From contig PCXB01000063.1 in the NCBI GenBank assembly GCA_002787535.1, positions 11,935 through 75,934 on the forward strand: a stretch of 64,000 nt of DNA, in the 5' to 3' direction. The notes beneath the pieces were generated by a model. That model searched no databases, had not been told where the DNA came from, and saw only the letters and a list, made by a program, of their open reading frames with translations. Made by a program: the position numbers and the translations under genes. Origin of the DNA: Deltaproteobacteria bacterium CG11_big_fil_rev_8_21_14_0_20_45_16. Its GTDB lineage: Bacteria > Bdellovibrionota > UBA2394. How positions within the stretch are numbered: the first letter of the stretch is position 1; every line of letters begins with the position of its first letter. Below are positions 10,396-19,625 of this stretch, in pieces.

Positions 10396-10878
10396 ATGTT
10401 TTATATTGAACTTACTAAAGATCGATTTAAGTTTTCGGTGGCTCATTTTACCATTCTTTCGCCGACTCAAAGCGAGAGATTGCATGGGCATAATTATTAT
10501 TTAAATCTCAAGTTTGGTTTTTCTGAATTGGACAAAGATTTGGCCTTGGCGGTGGATATGAATCTGCTCAAAGACATTGTGCAAACCGCGTGTGACAAAT
10601 TGGATGAGCGAGTTCTTGTAGCTGAAAAATCTCCCTATCTTGAACTACATAAAGATCAAGGTTCCCTGGAAATTAAATTTCAGAAGAAAGTCTATCGGTT
10701 GCCTTTGGAGGATGTTTTGTTGTTGCCCCTTACTAATATAAGCTGCGAGGCGCTTGCAGAATATTTGGCGCGTGAGCTGGCCTTGGCTTTGAGAGGCAAA
10801 GTCTCCGTTCAGAGGCTTACGCTCCAGCTGTCTGAGACTCGGGGTCAGGCGGCCGTTTATACGACTGAAAATCCTTAA
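10396..10878 (+). CDS. 6-pyruvoyl-tetrahydropterin synthase/QueD family (ExxHGH, PTPS-III-like)
   Basis: FSVAHF, SERLHGHNY, NISCEALA and LSET motifs of the T-fold PTPS family. Confidence 0.85.
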   Translation: MFYIELTKDRFKFSVAHFTILSPTQSERLHGHNYYLNLKFGFSELDKDLALAVDMNLLKDIVQTACDKLDERVLVAEKSPYLELHKDQGSLEIKFQKKVYRLPLEDVLLLPLTNISCEALAEYLARELALALRGKVSVQRLTLQLSETRGQAAVYTTENP

Positions 10879-10901
10879 TTTTAGAATAAATTTGAAGGGG
10901 G

Positions 10902-10929
10902 TTGACAGGATATGGGGGCCGCCTAGTTT
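10902..10929 (+). promoter_or_regulatory. Putative sigma70 promoter
   Basis: TTGACA(10902)-16-TAGTTT(10924)-8 nt-ATG(10938). Confidence 0.55.
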
Positions 10930-10937
10930 ATATAAAT

Positions 10938-11294
10938 ATGCCCATTTACGAATACCGACGAAAAACGGACGGTTCAGTTTTTGAAGTCGTGCAAAAGGCG
11001 GGAGACCCTGTATTGGAGGTATGTCCTACGACAGGTGTTCCGGTAGAAAAATTGATCTCAAGGTCCTCATTTCAGCTCAAAGGCGGGGGCTGGTATACGA
11101 CGGATTATAAGAACGCGGGGACAGCGCCCTCACCGGTCGAGACGCTTTCGAGCGAGGCGACACCAGCTGCAGCAAGTTCGGGCAGCGAGGCCGCTAGCAG
11201 TGAAACCAAAGGGCCAGAGGCTCCCGCAAGCTCCGAAAAGTCCGGAGGCTGCACCAAGCCTGGGTGTGGGGGATCCGGCCATTGTAGCAGTTAA
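10938..11294 (+). CDS. FmdB-family zinc-ribbon regulatory protein (degenerate Cys)
   Basis: MPIYEY...FEVVQK...CPTTG...KLISRSSFQLKGGGWYTTDY followed by a low-complexity Ser/Ala tail. Confidence 0.85.
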   Translation: MPIYEYRRKTDGSVFEVVQKAGDPVLEVCPTTGVPVEKLISRSSFQLKGGGWYTTDYKNAGTAPSPVETLSSEATPAAASSGSEAASSETKGPEAPASSEKSGGCTKPGCGGSGHCSS

Positions 11295-11305
11295 GGCTTC
11301 AAGAT

Positions 11306-11334
11306 TTGCGATCTGCTTCGAAGCTGTGTAGTTT
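11306..11334 (+). promoter_or_regulatory. Putative sigma70 promoter
   Basis: TTGCGA-17-TAGTTT-7 nt-ATG(11342); no SD. Confidence 0.55.
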
Positions 11335-11341
11335 TGAGTTG

Positions 11342-12667
11342 ATGCGTCACGGACTTCCCAAGTCGTTTACGATTAAAAACGTGGATATATGGAATGCAGA
11401 TGCCGTTCGCAGCTCGGTCGATCTAGAAATCAAAAATGGAAAGATTGAAAAAATCTCCGACTTGAAAGCTAAGACGCCAGCTCGATTTGCATTGATCCCC
11501 AGTGGTGTTGATAATCAGGTTCATCTTCGAGTTCCTGGACAGGAACAGAAGGAGACGGCAGAAACCGGACTTAAGGCCGCGCTCTTTGGGGGTTATGGAG
11601 CGGTTCTCAGTATGCCCAACACTAGGCCGGTCATTGATGACACCGATATTTTGAAGCAAGCTCAATCTATGGTTCGGTCGGCAGAGGATTTTTTTGGTGT
11701 GCGGACCTATTTTTCTGCGGCCATCTCTAAGCGGCAGGAGGGTCGCGAGCTTGTTGATTTTAAAAACTTGGCCGACGCGGGGGCAAAGGCTTTCACGGAC
11801 GATGGTGTTGGTTTGGCCTCGGATGAGTTAATGGCGGAAGCCTTTTCAAAGCTTGAATCTGTTGGGCTTCCTCTTTTGCAACACTCCGAGTTTTTGGGAC
11901 ATCATGGCGTGCTGGCTCCAGGGCCTGTTCAGAAGAATTTAGGAGTGAAAGACTATCCAGATGAACCTGAAATTGCAATGTTGCGGCGTGACTTGCAGCT
12001 ACTTCAAAAATTTCCAAAAGCGCGGTACCATCTTTTGCACGCGACAAGTCGCCGAGTTTTGCCTGTCTTGGCAGAAGCTCGCAAACTCAAGCTAAAAGTT
12101 AGTGCCGAAGTTAGTCCTCATCATTTATATTTTAATGTTGGGGATATCGATCCGACTAATACGGCCTTCAAAATGAATCCTCCAATTCGCTCAGCTCAAG
12201 ATCAATCAGATCTGCTAAATGCACTCGTTGAAGGGCAGATTGATTTTGTGGCGACGGATCATGCACCTCATACGGCGGAGGATAAAGGTTCAGATTTTAC
12301 AAAGTCAGCCTTTGGAACCTTGGGTTTGGAAACCGCGTTGCCAGTACTCTTAAAATTTTGGCAGGAAGCTAAGATTAGTGCGTCGCGACTGGTCGAAGTG
12401 TTTTCGACAGGACCAGCGCGATTTTTGGGAGTTGAGGATGAATTTGGCAGGCTGGAGGAGGGGCGAGCCCTGCGCGCTGTTTTGATCGATCCAGGTTCGG
12501 CACCGAGAAAATTTCGCTTAGAAGACATCCATTCAAAATCAAAAAACTCTTGCTTTATAGATCGGAGCCTCGTGATGGGCTTACGATTGCATTTCAATTT
12601 TAGGGGTATTTTTAATGCTTCTGAGGGCTTTAAGCTGGATGAAGTGCTGTCTTGCCCGCTAGAATGA
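11342..12667 (+). CDS. pyrC: Dihydroorotase (type I amidohydrolase)
   Basis: VHLRVPG, MPNTRP, FTDDG, EVSPHHL, KMNPPIR, ATDHAPH, GLET. Confidence 0.85.
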   Translation: MRHGLPKSFTIKNVDIWNADAVRSSVDLEIKNGKIEKISDLKAKTPARFALIPSGVDNQVHLRVPGQEQKETAETGLKAALFGGYGAVLSMPNTRPVIDDTDILKQAQSMVRSAEDFFGVRTYFSAAISKRQEGRELVDFKNLADAGAKAFTDDGVGLASDELMAEAFSKLESVGLPLLQHSEFLGHHGVLAPGPVQKNLGVKDYPDEPEIAMLRRDLQLLQKFPKARYHLLHATSRRVLPVLAEARKLKLKVSAEVSPHHLYFNVGDIDPTNTAFKMNPPIRSAQDQSDLLNALVEGQIDFVATDHAPHTAEDKGSDFTKSAFGTLGLETALPVLLKFWQEAKISASRLVEVFSTGPARFLGVEDEFGRLEEGRALRAVLIDPGSAPRKFRLEDIHSKSKNSCFIDRSLVMGLRLHFNFRGIFNASEGFKLDEVLSCPLE

Positions 12668-12673
12668 GAATTT

Positions 12674-13648
12674 GTGATTAAGGTGCCGGCAATGATGAAA
12701 TCTAATGAGTTTGGATTCAAGCAGGATGTTAAGATTATTGATTTGTTAAAGAGTCAGAAATTCACTTTCTCGGCTGAAATCATCCCCCCCCGAAACGGGG
12801 TGGAACAAGTTAAAGTTCTCGATCAGATTAAAGTTTTAATTTCGGCGGGAGCCGAATTTTTTTCCGTTACTAAGGGTGCGGGCGGTAGTTTGCGCGGAGG
12901 AAGTTTGCCAATCAGTCAGGCCATTAAGGATCAGTTTGGGGTTCCCTGTATTGCGCACTTTACCTGTCGAGATATGACGCCGCAAGAAGTTGAGAATCAA
13001 TTAATGGATCATCATTATTTTGGAATTAGAAATATTCTTGCACTTCGTGGAGATCCGCCCACGGACCAGCCGGATTGGCGGCCTCATTCTGAGTCCCTTC
13101 GCTATGCTTATCAATTGATTCGTCAAATTAGGGAGCTTAATGAAGGAAGATTTTTACCAAGGCCAGGAGCGCGATCGGACCAGAATCAAGTTGCTACGGA
13201 CTTTTGTATCGGTGCCGCGGTTTACCCGGAACATCCCGTGGCGTCTGAGAAAATTGAGTTTCTTAAGATGAAAGTCGATGAGGGCGCGGAATATGGCATT
13301 ACGCAGATGATTTTTGACGCGAGTGTTTATGCACAATTCCTGGAGGATTGCGCTAAGCAGGGGCTTCAAGTTCCTATACTTCCAGGGAGTCTAATACTAC
13401 GGTCGCAGGCTCAGGCGCATCGAATGATGAAGAGATTTGGAATTCAGGTTTCAGCAAAAATAATGAACAAACTTCCTGCAGAAAGGGAAGCAAACGGTGT
13501 GGGTCGAGTGGTCGACTTATTTTTGGAATATTTGGAAGATCTAAAAAGAGTGGGCGCCCCCGGTGTCCATTTATTTGTAATGTCCGATATTGAGGCATCC
13601 TCTGGAGCTCTGGAGAAAATGAAATTACTGGAGGTGGGCGATGGATAG
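12674..13648 (+). CDS. metF: Methylenetetrahydrofolate reductase
   Basis: SAEIIPPR, SVTKGAGGS, AHFTCRD, NILALRGD, AVYPEHP, ITQMIFD. Confidence 0.9.
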   Translation: MIKVPAMMKSNEFGFKQDVKIIDLLKSQKFTFSAEIIPPRNGVEQVKVLDQIKVLISAGAEFFSVTKGAGGSLRGGSLPISQAIKDQFGVPCIAHFTCRDMTPQEVENQLMDHHYFGIRNILALRGDPPTDQPDWRPHSESLRYAYQLIRQIRELNEGRFLPRPGARSDQNQVATDFCIGAAVYPEHPVASEKIEFLKMKVDEGAEYGITQMIFDASVYAQFLEDCAKQGLQVPILPGSLILRSQAQAHRMMKRFGIQVSAKIMNKLPAEREANGVGRVVDLFLEYLEDLKRVGAPGVHLFVMSDIEASSGALEKMKLLEVGDG

Positions 13649-14054
13649 TAAACTTCTTGAGCATTTGCATGAGGAAGCGAAATTAGCTCGAGAGTTTTCG
13701 CATAGCCCGTATTCTCGCTTTGCGGTGGGAGCCGCTCTTAAGTTAAAGGATTCCGACAAGATTATTCGTGGTTGCAATATTGAAAACGCGTCGATCGGGG
13801 CAACGATTTGTGCTGAGAGAGTTGCTCTTGTTAAACTGCGCTCCGAGAATAAAAAGCCTCAGATCGAGGCCATTATGATCGTAACGGCGGAAGCCAAGGC
13901 AACGCCACCTTGCGGAATTTGTCTACAGAGTCTGGCAGAATTTTGTGGACCTGATCTGGAAATTTATCTAGCGAATTTATCGGGAGTCATGGAAAAGCTT
14001 CAATTCAAAGACTTGTTGCCTCGGACCTTTCGAAGTTTTGAGTCTAACCTATGA
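13641..14054 (+). CDS. cdd: Cytidine deaminase (homotetrameric type)
   Basis: PYSRFAVGAA, GCNIENAS, CAER, PCGIC. Confidence 0.93.
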   Translation: MDSKLLEHLHEEAKLAREFSHSPYSRFAVGAALKLKDSDKIIRGCNIENASIGATICAERVALVKLRSENKKPQIEAIMIVTAEAKATPPCGICLQSLAEFCGPDLEIYLANLSGVMEKLQFKDLLPRTFRSFESNL

Positions 14055-15535
14055 TAACGCGGGACAGTCAGATTTATAATTCCCTTAGTCGGCGCAAGGA
14101 AAAGCTTATAACACGCAAGGAAGGGAAGCTGAGTTTCTATTCTTGTGGACCAACGGTTTATAATCTTATTCATGTGGGCAATTTGCGAAGTGCCCTGGTG
14201 GCAGACCTTTTTTATCGTTTTTGGAAGCAGATTGGTTTTGATGTTATTTTTACTCGAAACTATACAGACGTAGACGACAAGATCATTCATCGCGCTCAGG
14301 AAGATAATCTCACGGCGCAGGAAGTTGCCGAAAAATTTATTGAAGAGGTGGAGAAGGATTACGAAAAGGCGGGATGTCTGGATCCGACTTACAGACCGAG
14401 AGTCACCGACACGATGATGGAAATCATTGGGTTAATTGAGCAAATTGTTTCTCGAGGCTCGGGCTATGTTATTGATGGCAATGTTGTGTTCTCGGTGGAT
14501 AGCTTCAAGGATTATGGGAAGCTGTCTGGCAAGCATTTGGAGGACCTTGAAGTGGGAGCACGGGTGGATCGTGACACTCGGAAAAGAAATCCGTTGGATT
14601 TTTATTTGTGGAAGGCAAGCAAGGAAGGTGAACCTTTCTGGGAAAGTCCATGGGGCAAGGGTCGGCCAGGTTGGCACATTGAATGCTCGGCGATGATTCA
14701 GAAGTTGCTTGGCAATCAAATTGATGTTCATCATGGCGGAAGCGATCTGATCTTTCCACACCATGAAAACGAAATTGCTCAGAGTGAGGCGGGTAGTGGA
14801 AAGGCACCTTTTGTTCGCTATTGGTTGCATCACGCCTTTGTGACAATCAATCAGGAGAAAATGTCGAAAAGTCTAGGTAATGTTTTTTCGGCCCGCGAGT
14901 TTTTAAATAAGTTTTCGGGCGAGATGGCTCGATATATGTTTCTTACACCTCACTATCGTTCACCAATCGATTTTTCAGAAAATGCAGTCTGGTCGGCTGC
15001 CAAGGCTTTGGAGCGAATTTATGAGGCGAAAAACCTGGCTGAAGATTGCGTGGCGCTTTCCTCTCAGGCGATAAAAAACCAAGCTTTTGAAGAATTTATC
15101 GCAAAGATTTCGGAAGAGTTTTACTCGGCTATGTCTGACGATTTTCATACGCCTGTGGCCATTTCAAAAGTTTTTGATCTTATTAAGGAATATAACAGAC
15201 TGGCCTATCAAGGTTCAAATGATGATAAAGCTGGACGTGCGAAAAGCTTTCTTCGATTTCTATCAGAGGTTCTCGTTCCTATCTTTGGCTTTGGTGGTGA
15301 TAACTCCAAAGAGGTTTTGGTGCGCTTGAGTGAGATTCAAAAATCTATCAAAGGCTGGGATGAGTCCGGGCCTGAGCAGCTCAGTGCAACCGAAATCGAA
15401 AGTTTTATCTCTGAGCGCGAACTGGCACGAAAGCAAAAAGATTTCAAGAGGTCGGATAAAATTCGTGATGAGTTATTGGCAAAAGGTGTCGAACTCAAAG
15501 ATACGCCGCTTGGCCCCAAATGGTCCTATCGTTAA
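14051..15535 (+). CDS. cysS: Cysteine--tRNA ligase
   Basis: CGPTVY, HVGN, GRPGWHIECSAM, FPHHENEIAQ, KMSKS. Confidence 0.97.
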   Translation: MITRDSQIYNSLSRRKEKLITRKEGKLSFYSCGPTVYNLIHVGNLRSALVADLFYRFWKQIGFDVIFTRNYTDVDDKIIHRAQEDNLTAQEVAEKFIEEVEKDYEKAGCLDPTYRPRVTDTMMEIIGLIEQIVSRGSGYVIDGNVVFSVDSFKDYGKLSGKHLEDLEVGARVDRDTRKRNPLDFYLWKASKEGEPFWESPWGKGRPGWHIECSAMIQKLLGNQIDVHHGGSDLIFPHHENEIAQSEAGSGKAPFVRYWLHHAFVTINQEKMSKSLGNVFSAREFLNKFSGEMARYMFLTPHYRSPIDFSENAVWSAAKALERIYEAKNLAEDCVALSSQAIKNQAFEEFIAKISEEFYSAMSDDFHTPVAISKVFDLIKEYNRLAYQGSNDDKAGRAKSFLRFLSEVLVPIFGFGGDNSKEVLVRLSEIQKSIKGWDESGPEQLSATEIESFISERELARKQKDFKRSDKIRDELLAKGVELKDTPLGPKWSYR

Positions 15536-15661
15536 ATCCCTAGAACTGCCCATCTATTTACTCTGTAATTCTTGCTTACACTGAAAATTTCATCAGATTG
15601 ACCGCCTTTCAAGACGAATTAGACTAGAAGAAGATTCGGAGTATAGAGGGAGATAAGGGCC

Positions 15662-15868
15662 ATGGTAAAAAAAAGGTCTGAGAGTCAGCCAGAATTTTTC
15701 ATTCAAAAATTCGGTGAAGACGATTTAGACGAAATTCTAGAGGAAGAGATGGACTGGAATGAGTATGTGAAGTCTGATGCATCGAGGCTGGGGAGCTTGG
15801 GAGAGCATATCAAAGCAAGGCAGACTTCGGCCTCGGCTCCTAAAAAGAGAAAAATTAAATCAGGTTAG
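15662..15868 (+). CDS. Small acidic/basic hypothetical protein
   Basis: 68-aa ORF preceded by TTGACC(15598)-16-TAGACT(15620) and a GGAG SD-like sequence; no recognisable family. Confidence 0.5.
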   Translation: MVKKRSESQPEFFIQKFGEDDLDEILEEEMDWNEYVKSDASRLGSLGEHIKARQTSASAPKKRKIKSG

Positions 15869-16835
15869 TGCCGAATAGATGTAAAATATAAAAAATGTAA
15901 ATCATTACCAAAATCAAAGCTTCCCATTGAACGAGACGGTATCCTGTTCGAAAGAAAATAATGACCAAGGTTGTAGTGAGAAGGCAGAAGGGCAAATCAA
16001 ACTGAGTGAGACTCTTGGATACCTGTAAACCATCCGGAGTAATCAAAGCACTTATTCCGCCCACGCACATAAAATTAAAGATATTACTTCCTACTACATT
16101 ACCTACGGCAATTTCACTTTGAGACCGAAGGGCGGCTATGGTCGAAGTGGCAAGTTCAGGAAGTGAAGTACCAAGAGATACCAGAGTCAGTCCGATGACA
16201 AGCTCACTCACACCAAAATAGCGAGCAAGGGTCACCGCTCCATCGACAAATAATTGAGATCCAGCAACAAGTGTTCCAAGTCCGATTAAGATTAAGGCGA
16301 TACATATGGAGATAAATCGAAAAGATTTTTCAAATTTAACTTCTCCTTCAATTTCTTTAACTTCTCCTTCAATTTCAGAAAGCCTTTCAAATTTACTTTG
16401 CTTAATTTGGAGCCAAATATAGGCGATCAGGCCTATGAACAAAATGGCACCTTCCCAGGTTGAAATGTTTCCTGACCAAGCAAATACAAAAACCAGAAGG
16501 CCGGAGCCAAGTAAGATCGGCATTTCACGATGAAGAGAATGCTTTTTGATCGCAAGTGGCGTAATCAATCCGGCCACTCCAATTATCACGAGGAGATTAA
16601 AGATATTGCTTCCGACGATATTGCCAAGTGCTATGTCGGCCTTCCCATTCCAGGATGACCAAAGACTGACGGCCAATTCGGGGGCACTTGTGCCAAAGGC
16701 TACTACCGTTAAGCCAACGACCATCGCCGATATCTTAAAAATCCCTGAAAATCTAACGGCGCCTTTGACGAGCCAATCGGCACCAAAACCAAGAAGAAAT
16801 AACCCACCGATAAGTTTTAAAATCGCAAGGAACAT
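15855..16835 (-). CDS. Calcium/sodium antiporter (YrbG/CaCA family)
   Basis: Alpha repeats GTSAPEL...GNIVGSNIFN and GTSLPEL...GNVVGSNIFN; about 10 TM segments. Confidence 0.93.
   Translation of the reverse strand: MFLAILKLIGGLFLLGFGADWLVKGAVRFSGIFKISAMVVGLTVVAFGTSAPELAVSLWSSWNGKADIALGNIVGSNIFNLLVIIGVAGLITPLAIKKHSLHREMPILLGSGLLVFVFAWSGNISTWEGAILFIGLIAYIWLQIKQSKFERLSEIEGEVKEIEGEVKFEKSFRFISICIALILIGLGTLVAGSQLFVDGAVTLARYFGVSELVIGLTLVSLGTSLPELATSTIAALRSQSEIAVGNVVGSNIFNFMCVGGISALITPDGLQVSKSLTQFDLPFCLLTTTLVIIFFRTGYRLVQWEALILVMIYIFYILHLFGTNLI
16335..16376. repeat. Exact 21-bp tandem duplication (in frame)
   Basis: TTTAACTTCTCCTTCAATTTC x2, encoding EIEGEVK twice in the antiporter central loop. Confidence 0.95.
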
Positions 16836-16838
16836 GGG

Positions 16839-18665
16839 TTAGTCTGAGGCTTGCTTTTCGAAACACCAATGGTGCCAAAGATTTGATTTTACGATGGGTG
16901 AGGGATTTCCTGATAACTGAGTTCGTTCCTCCATAAAAATCATATCAAAACTCTCGAGTTTCTCTTGAACTGGATGGCTGTCATTCCATTCTCGGCAAAT
17001 ATATTTTCCAAGAAATATCCTGTGTTTTTGAAAGTTTTTCTTTCGAAGATTCATCATATACTTTCGCCAACGCTGACGCGGGTAGCTGTCCACTATGGAA
17101 GCTGGTCGATCGTAAGTTAATTGAGTGTCGCCATACATAATATAGCGAAACACATCTACCTCCTTACCATCGCGCAGTTTTCCTGGAAAGACATACCAAC
17201 CGTCAATTTTTAGAGGATAAGGGGCAAACATATTCCACTTTTGATCCAGCCGAAGATAGAGAGAGACTTTTCGCATAGACTCCGGCATCGGGCTGTAAGT
17301 GTCGTAGGTCCTCCAATTCCACCACAGGCAACAAATAATGAAATATAAAGCGACCACCTGGAGCCATCTACCTGCTTGGTAGTGTGGCTTTCGTTCGTAT
17401 AAGTGGCGAGTGAAGTGACCCATGAATTTTCGATGATTGGCGATCCAGCGATAGGCGTGATCACCAAAAAAGTAAAATGGTTTAAGAGTCCAGAGTCGAG
17501 CTTTCCAAAATCCAATCGGTGAAGATCGCAAAAGCAAAATGATTCCATCAAAACGAAAGTGGTATTTCAAATTGCGATCTTCGACGACCCATGAATTTTC
17601 TTGGGTCATAGCGGCCATGGCCCGGGGATGGTCCTGAGCTTTTGCGTAAGGGATGCTTTCCAGGCAAAGAAAACAACGAAGAATTTTTAGAATCTTTCGG
17701 CAAAATCCACAGTCCGCATCGTAGTATATTTTATGGACCAGTTGAGGGGACAGTCGCTTGTCAAGAAAACTCCAAAAGCTACCCGGCAGGAGAGCGACAA
17801 AGGCCGTGATGCAAATCCATGGAAAGAGTCCAAGTTTCATGGTCATAGCAAAGCCCAGATGAAGAGCAAAAAAAGAAAGAATGCCAATCATTCGAGTCCA
17901 GCTTTGGAAAAAAGGAAGCACCAAAAGAAAGCCCCCGAGTAGTTCTAGATACCAAACAGGAAGCGTCATCAATCGCAACAAAGCTGGAAAATTTAAAAGA
18001 TATTTTCCAAAGTCTGTCGCGAATTGATCAATAGAGAGAGCATAGTAAATGGCAGAATGAGATAGGTGCCATTCTGCCCCAGTTTTTAAAAGTGCTGCAA
18101 AAAAATAGACACTGATAATTTGAATAATATAGGCGATGCTTCCAATGGAGAAATGGGTGTCGGAGGGTTTTTCTTCCCTCGGATCAAGTGCTCGATCAAT
18201 TGAGTAGCGAGCACCAAGTGGCAAGAAAATAGCCCAAAAATATAAAAGCCTAAATTCAATATCGCCACCTTGAAGTACAACAGGCATGCGAGCTTGGATC
18301 GAAAGCATCAGGATCCAAGATATAAAGAGCATGAGTCGAGTTCGGTAGCCGACGATAAGCAGCAAGGCACAAAAACCGGTGATGGCAAATATCAAAATCT
18401 GAAACCATGCCTCGCCATTGATAAACTGTAAGGAGAGGTAATAGTAACGATAAAACTCATTAAGCATGGCCGATCGCGGCAAAACTCCCTCGTCGGTATA
18501 GTGCGCCACGAGATCCTGAGATCGATTGATGAGGTCCAATAAGACAAGGACGCCCAAGCATATTCTAAAGGCAGCCAGGGAGCGGAGATCAAGACTCCAG
18601 GATTTTCGGAAGGCTTTCAAAAACTGTACTTCACGAAAGAGCGAAGGCCAAAACTTTAGACCCAT
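16839..18665 (-). CDS. HTTM-domain membrane protein with an inserted DCC1-like (DUF393) thiol-disulfide domain
   Basis: DLRSLAAFRI, HYTDEGVLPR, LPLGARYSID, QKWNMFAP (HTTM-type); YYDADCGFC (DCC DxxCxxC). Confidence 0.85.
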   Translation of the reverse strand: MGLKFWPSLFREVQFLKAFRKSWSLDLRSLAAFRICLGVLVLLDLINRSQDLVAHYTDEGVLPRSAMLNEFYRYYYLSLQFINGEAWFQILIFAITGFCALLLIVGYRTRLMLFISWILMLSIQARMPVVLQGGDIEFRLLYFWAIFLPLGARYSIDRALDPREEKPSDTHFSIGSIAYIIQIISVYFFAALLKTGAEWHLSHSAIYYALSIDQFATDFGKYLLNFPALLRLMTLPVWYLELLGGFLLVLPFFQSWTRMIGILSFFALHLGFAMTMKLGLFPWICITAFVALLPGSFWSFLDKRLSPQLVHKIYYDADCGFCRKILKILRCFLCLESIPYAKAQDHPRAMAAMTQENSWVVEDRNLKYHFRFDGIILLLRSSPIGFWKARLWTLKPFYFFGDHAYRWIANHRKFMGHFTRHLYERKPHYQAGRWLQVVALYFIICCLWWNWRTYDTYSPMPESMRKVSLYLRLDQKWNMFAPYPLKIDGWYVFPGKLRDGKEVDVFRYIMYGDTQLTYDRPASIVDSYPRQRWRKYMMNLRKKNFQKHRIFLGKYICREWNDSHPVQEKLESFDMIFMEERTQLSGNPSPIVKSNLWHHWCFEKQASD

Positions 18666-18762
18666 AAGATTAAATTTTAACGGACTTAGCCGCCTCTTAA
18701 TAGATAAAGACGTGGAATTTGTGTCGGACTTTGGTTTAAATGGAGAGGTAGGAGAGATTATC

Positions 18763-19224
18763 GTGAAAAATAAAATAATTGGATTTCTATTAATTGGGGG
18801 AGTCTCAAGTGGAATTTCAAGCGCCTCTGGGGTGCTGGGTCAATCGCTTTGCGTAAATGTTGAAATGGCTGAATTACATAAAGAGGGCATGGAGTCCTCA
18901 GATATGGTCGTAAAGCTTATCCGTTACTCGCCGCTTCAGAAGCTCTCAAAGAAGAACGGATGGTACCAAGTGAAGGATTTGGATGATCACAAGGCTTGGA
19001 TTCGAGAGGATCAGGTCAGTACCAGCTTCGAATGTGCGGTCATTTCGAATGAGTTTGCCAATCTTCGTACCGGACCTGGATCAAGCTTTCCACAAACAGC
19101 CGGCGAGAAGGGCCTCAAATACCTTTCGTTCCGAGTGATCCAGAAAAAGTCGGATTGGGTGCAGCTGGAGGATGCTGAGGGCGACCTAGCCTGGGTGCAT
19201 TCGCCGCTAGTCTGGATGCCCTGA
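18763..19224 (+). CDS. Secreted bacterial SH3-domain protein
   Basis: Signal peptide after GTG 18763 (GGAG SD). Two SH3b-like repeats: GWYQVKD...WI and ANLRTGPG...DWVQLED..GDLAWVH. Confidence 0.8.
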   Translation: MKNKIIGFLLIGGVSSGISSASGVLGQSLCVNVEMAELHKEGMESSDMVVKLIRYSPLQKLSKKNGWYQVKDLDDHKAWIREDQVSTSFECAVISNEFANLRTGPGSSFPQTAGEKGLKYLSFRVIQKKSDWVQLEDAEGDLAWVHSPLVWMP

Positions 19225-19313
19225 AACCGAGGAGTTTTTGGGGTAATCGCTAGGTCAAATTCCCCTATCTTTTGCATAGTCGTCCTTTAAGCCCGTTTAA
19301 AGCTGCCTACAGC

Positions 19314-19330
19314 TTGGCATGGCACTTGCA
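19314..19330 (+). promoter_or_regulatory. sigma54 (-24/-12) promoter
   Basis: TTGGCATGGCACTTGCA matches TGGCAC-N5-TTGCW with correct GG/GC spacing. Confidence 0.7.
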
Positions 19331-19345
19331 TCTCTATCGCTCGTG

Positions 19346-19618
19346 ATGAGTTATCTGGGAGTCATTTTAGTAGCCTTTTTATCGAGTATTTGTTTATGCC
19401 AAGCAGCCGAGTCGGTTAAGATTTCGTCCACTTGTTTTTGTTTAGGCCAAATCTATCGAAGCGGTGAAAAACTATCGAACAAAATGAATGGCGGCCTTCA
19501 AAAAACGAAAGATTCAAAGTCTCACTCTAAAGAACGAGATAGTTTAGAGTTCTCCGATTTCTTAAACGAAAATATTCGTTTCAATCAACACAGTCTGTTT
19601 CTTAGTCTTAGCTTCTAA
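19346..19618 (+). CDS. Small putative secreted hypothetical protein
   Basis: Signal-like N-terminus (MSYLGVILVAFLSSICLCQA) directly downstream of the sigma54 motif. Confidence 0.45.
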   Translation: MSYLGVILVAFLSSICLCQAAESVKISSTCFCLGQIYRSGEKLSNKMNGGLQKTKDSKSHSKERDSLEFSDFLNENIRFNQHSLFLSLSF

Positions 19619-19625
19619 TCGTATA

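Noticed and set aside
12600..12690. SAM or other riboswitch upstream of metF
   Set aside because: Only 6 nt separate pyrC and metF; there is no room and no motif
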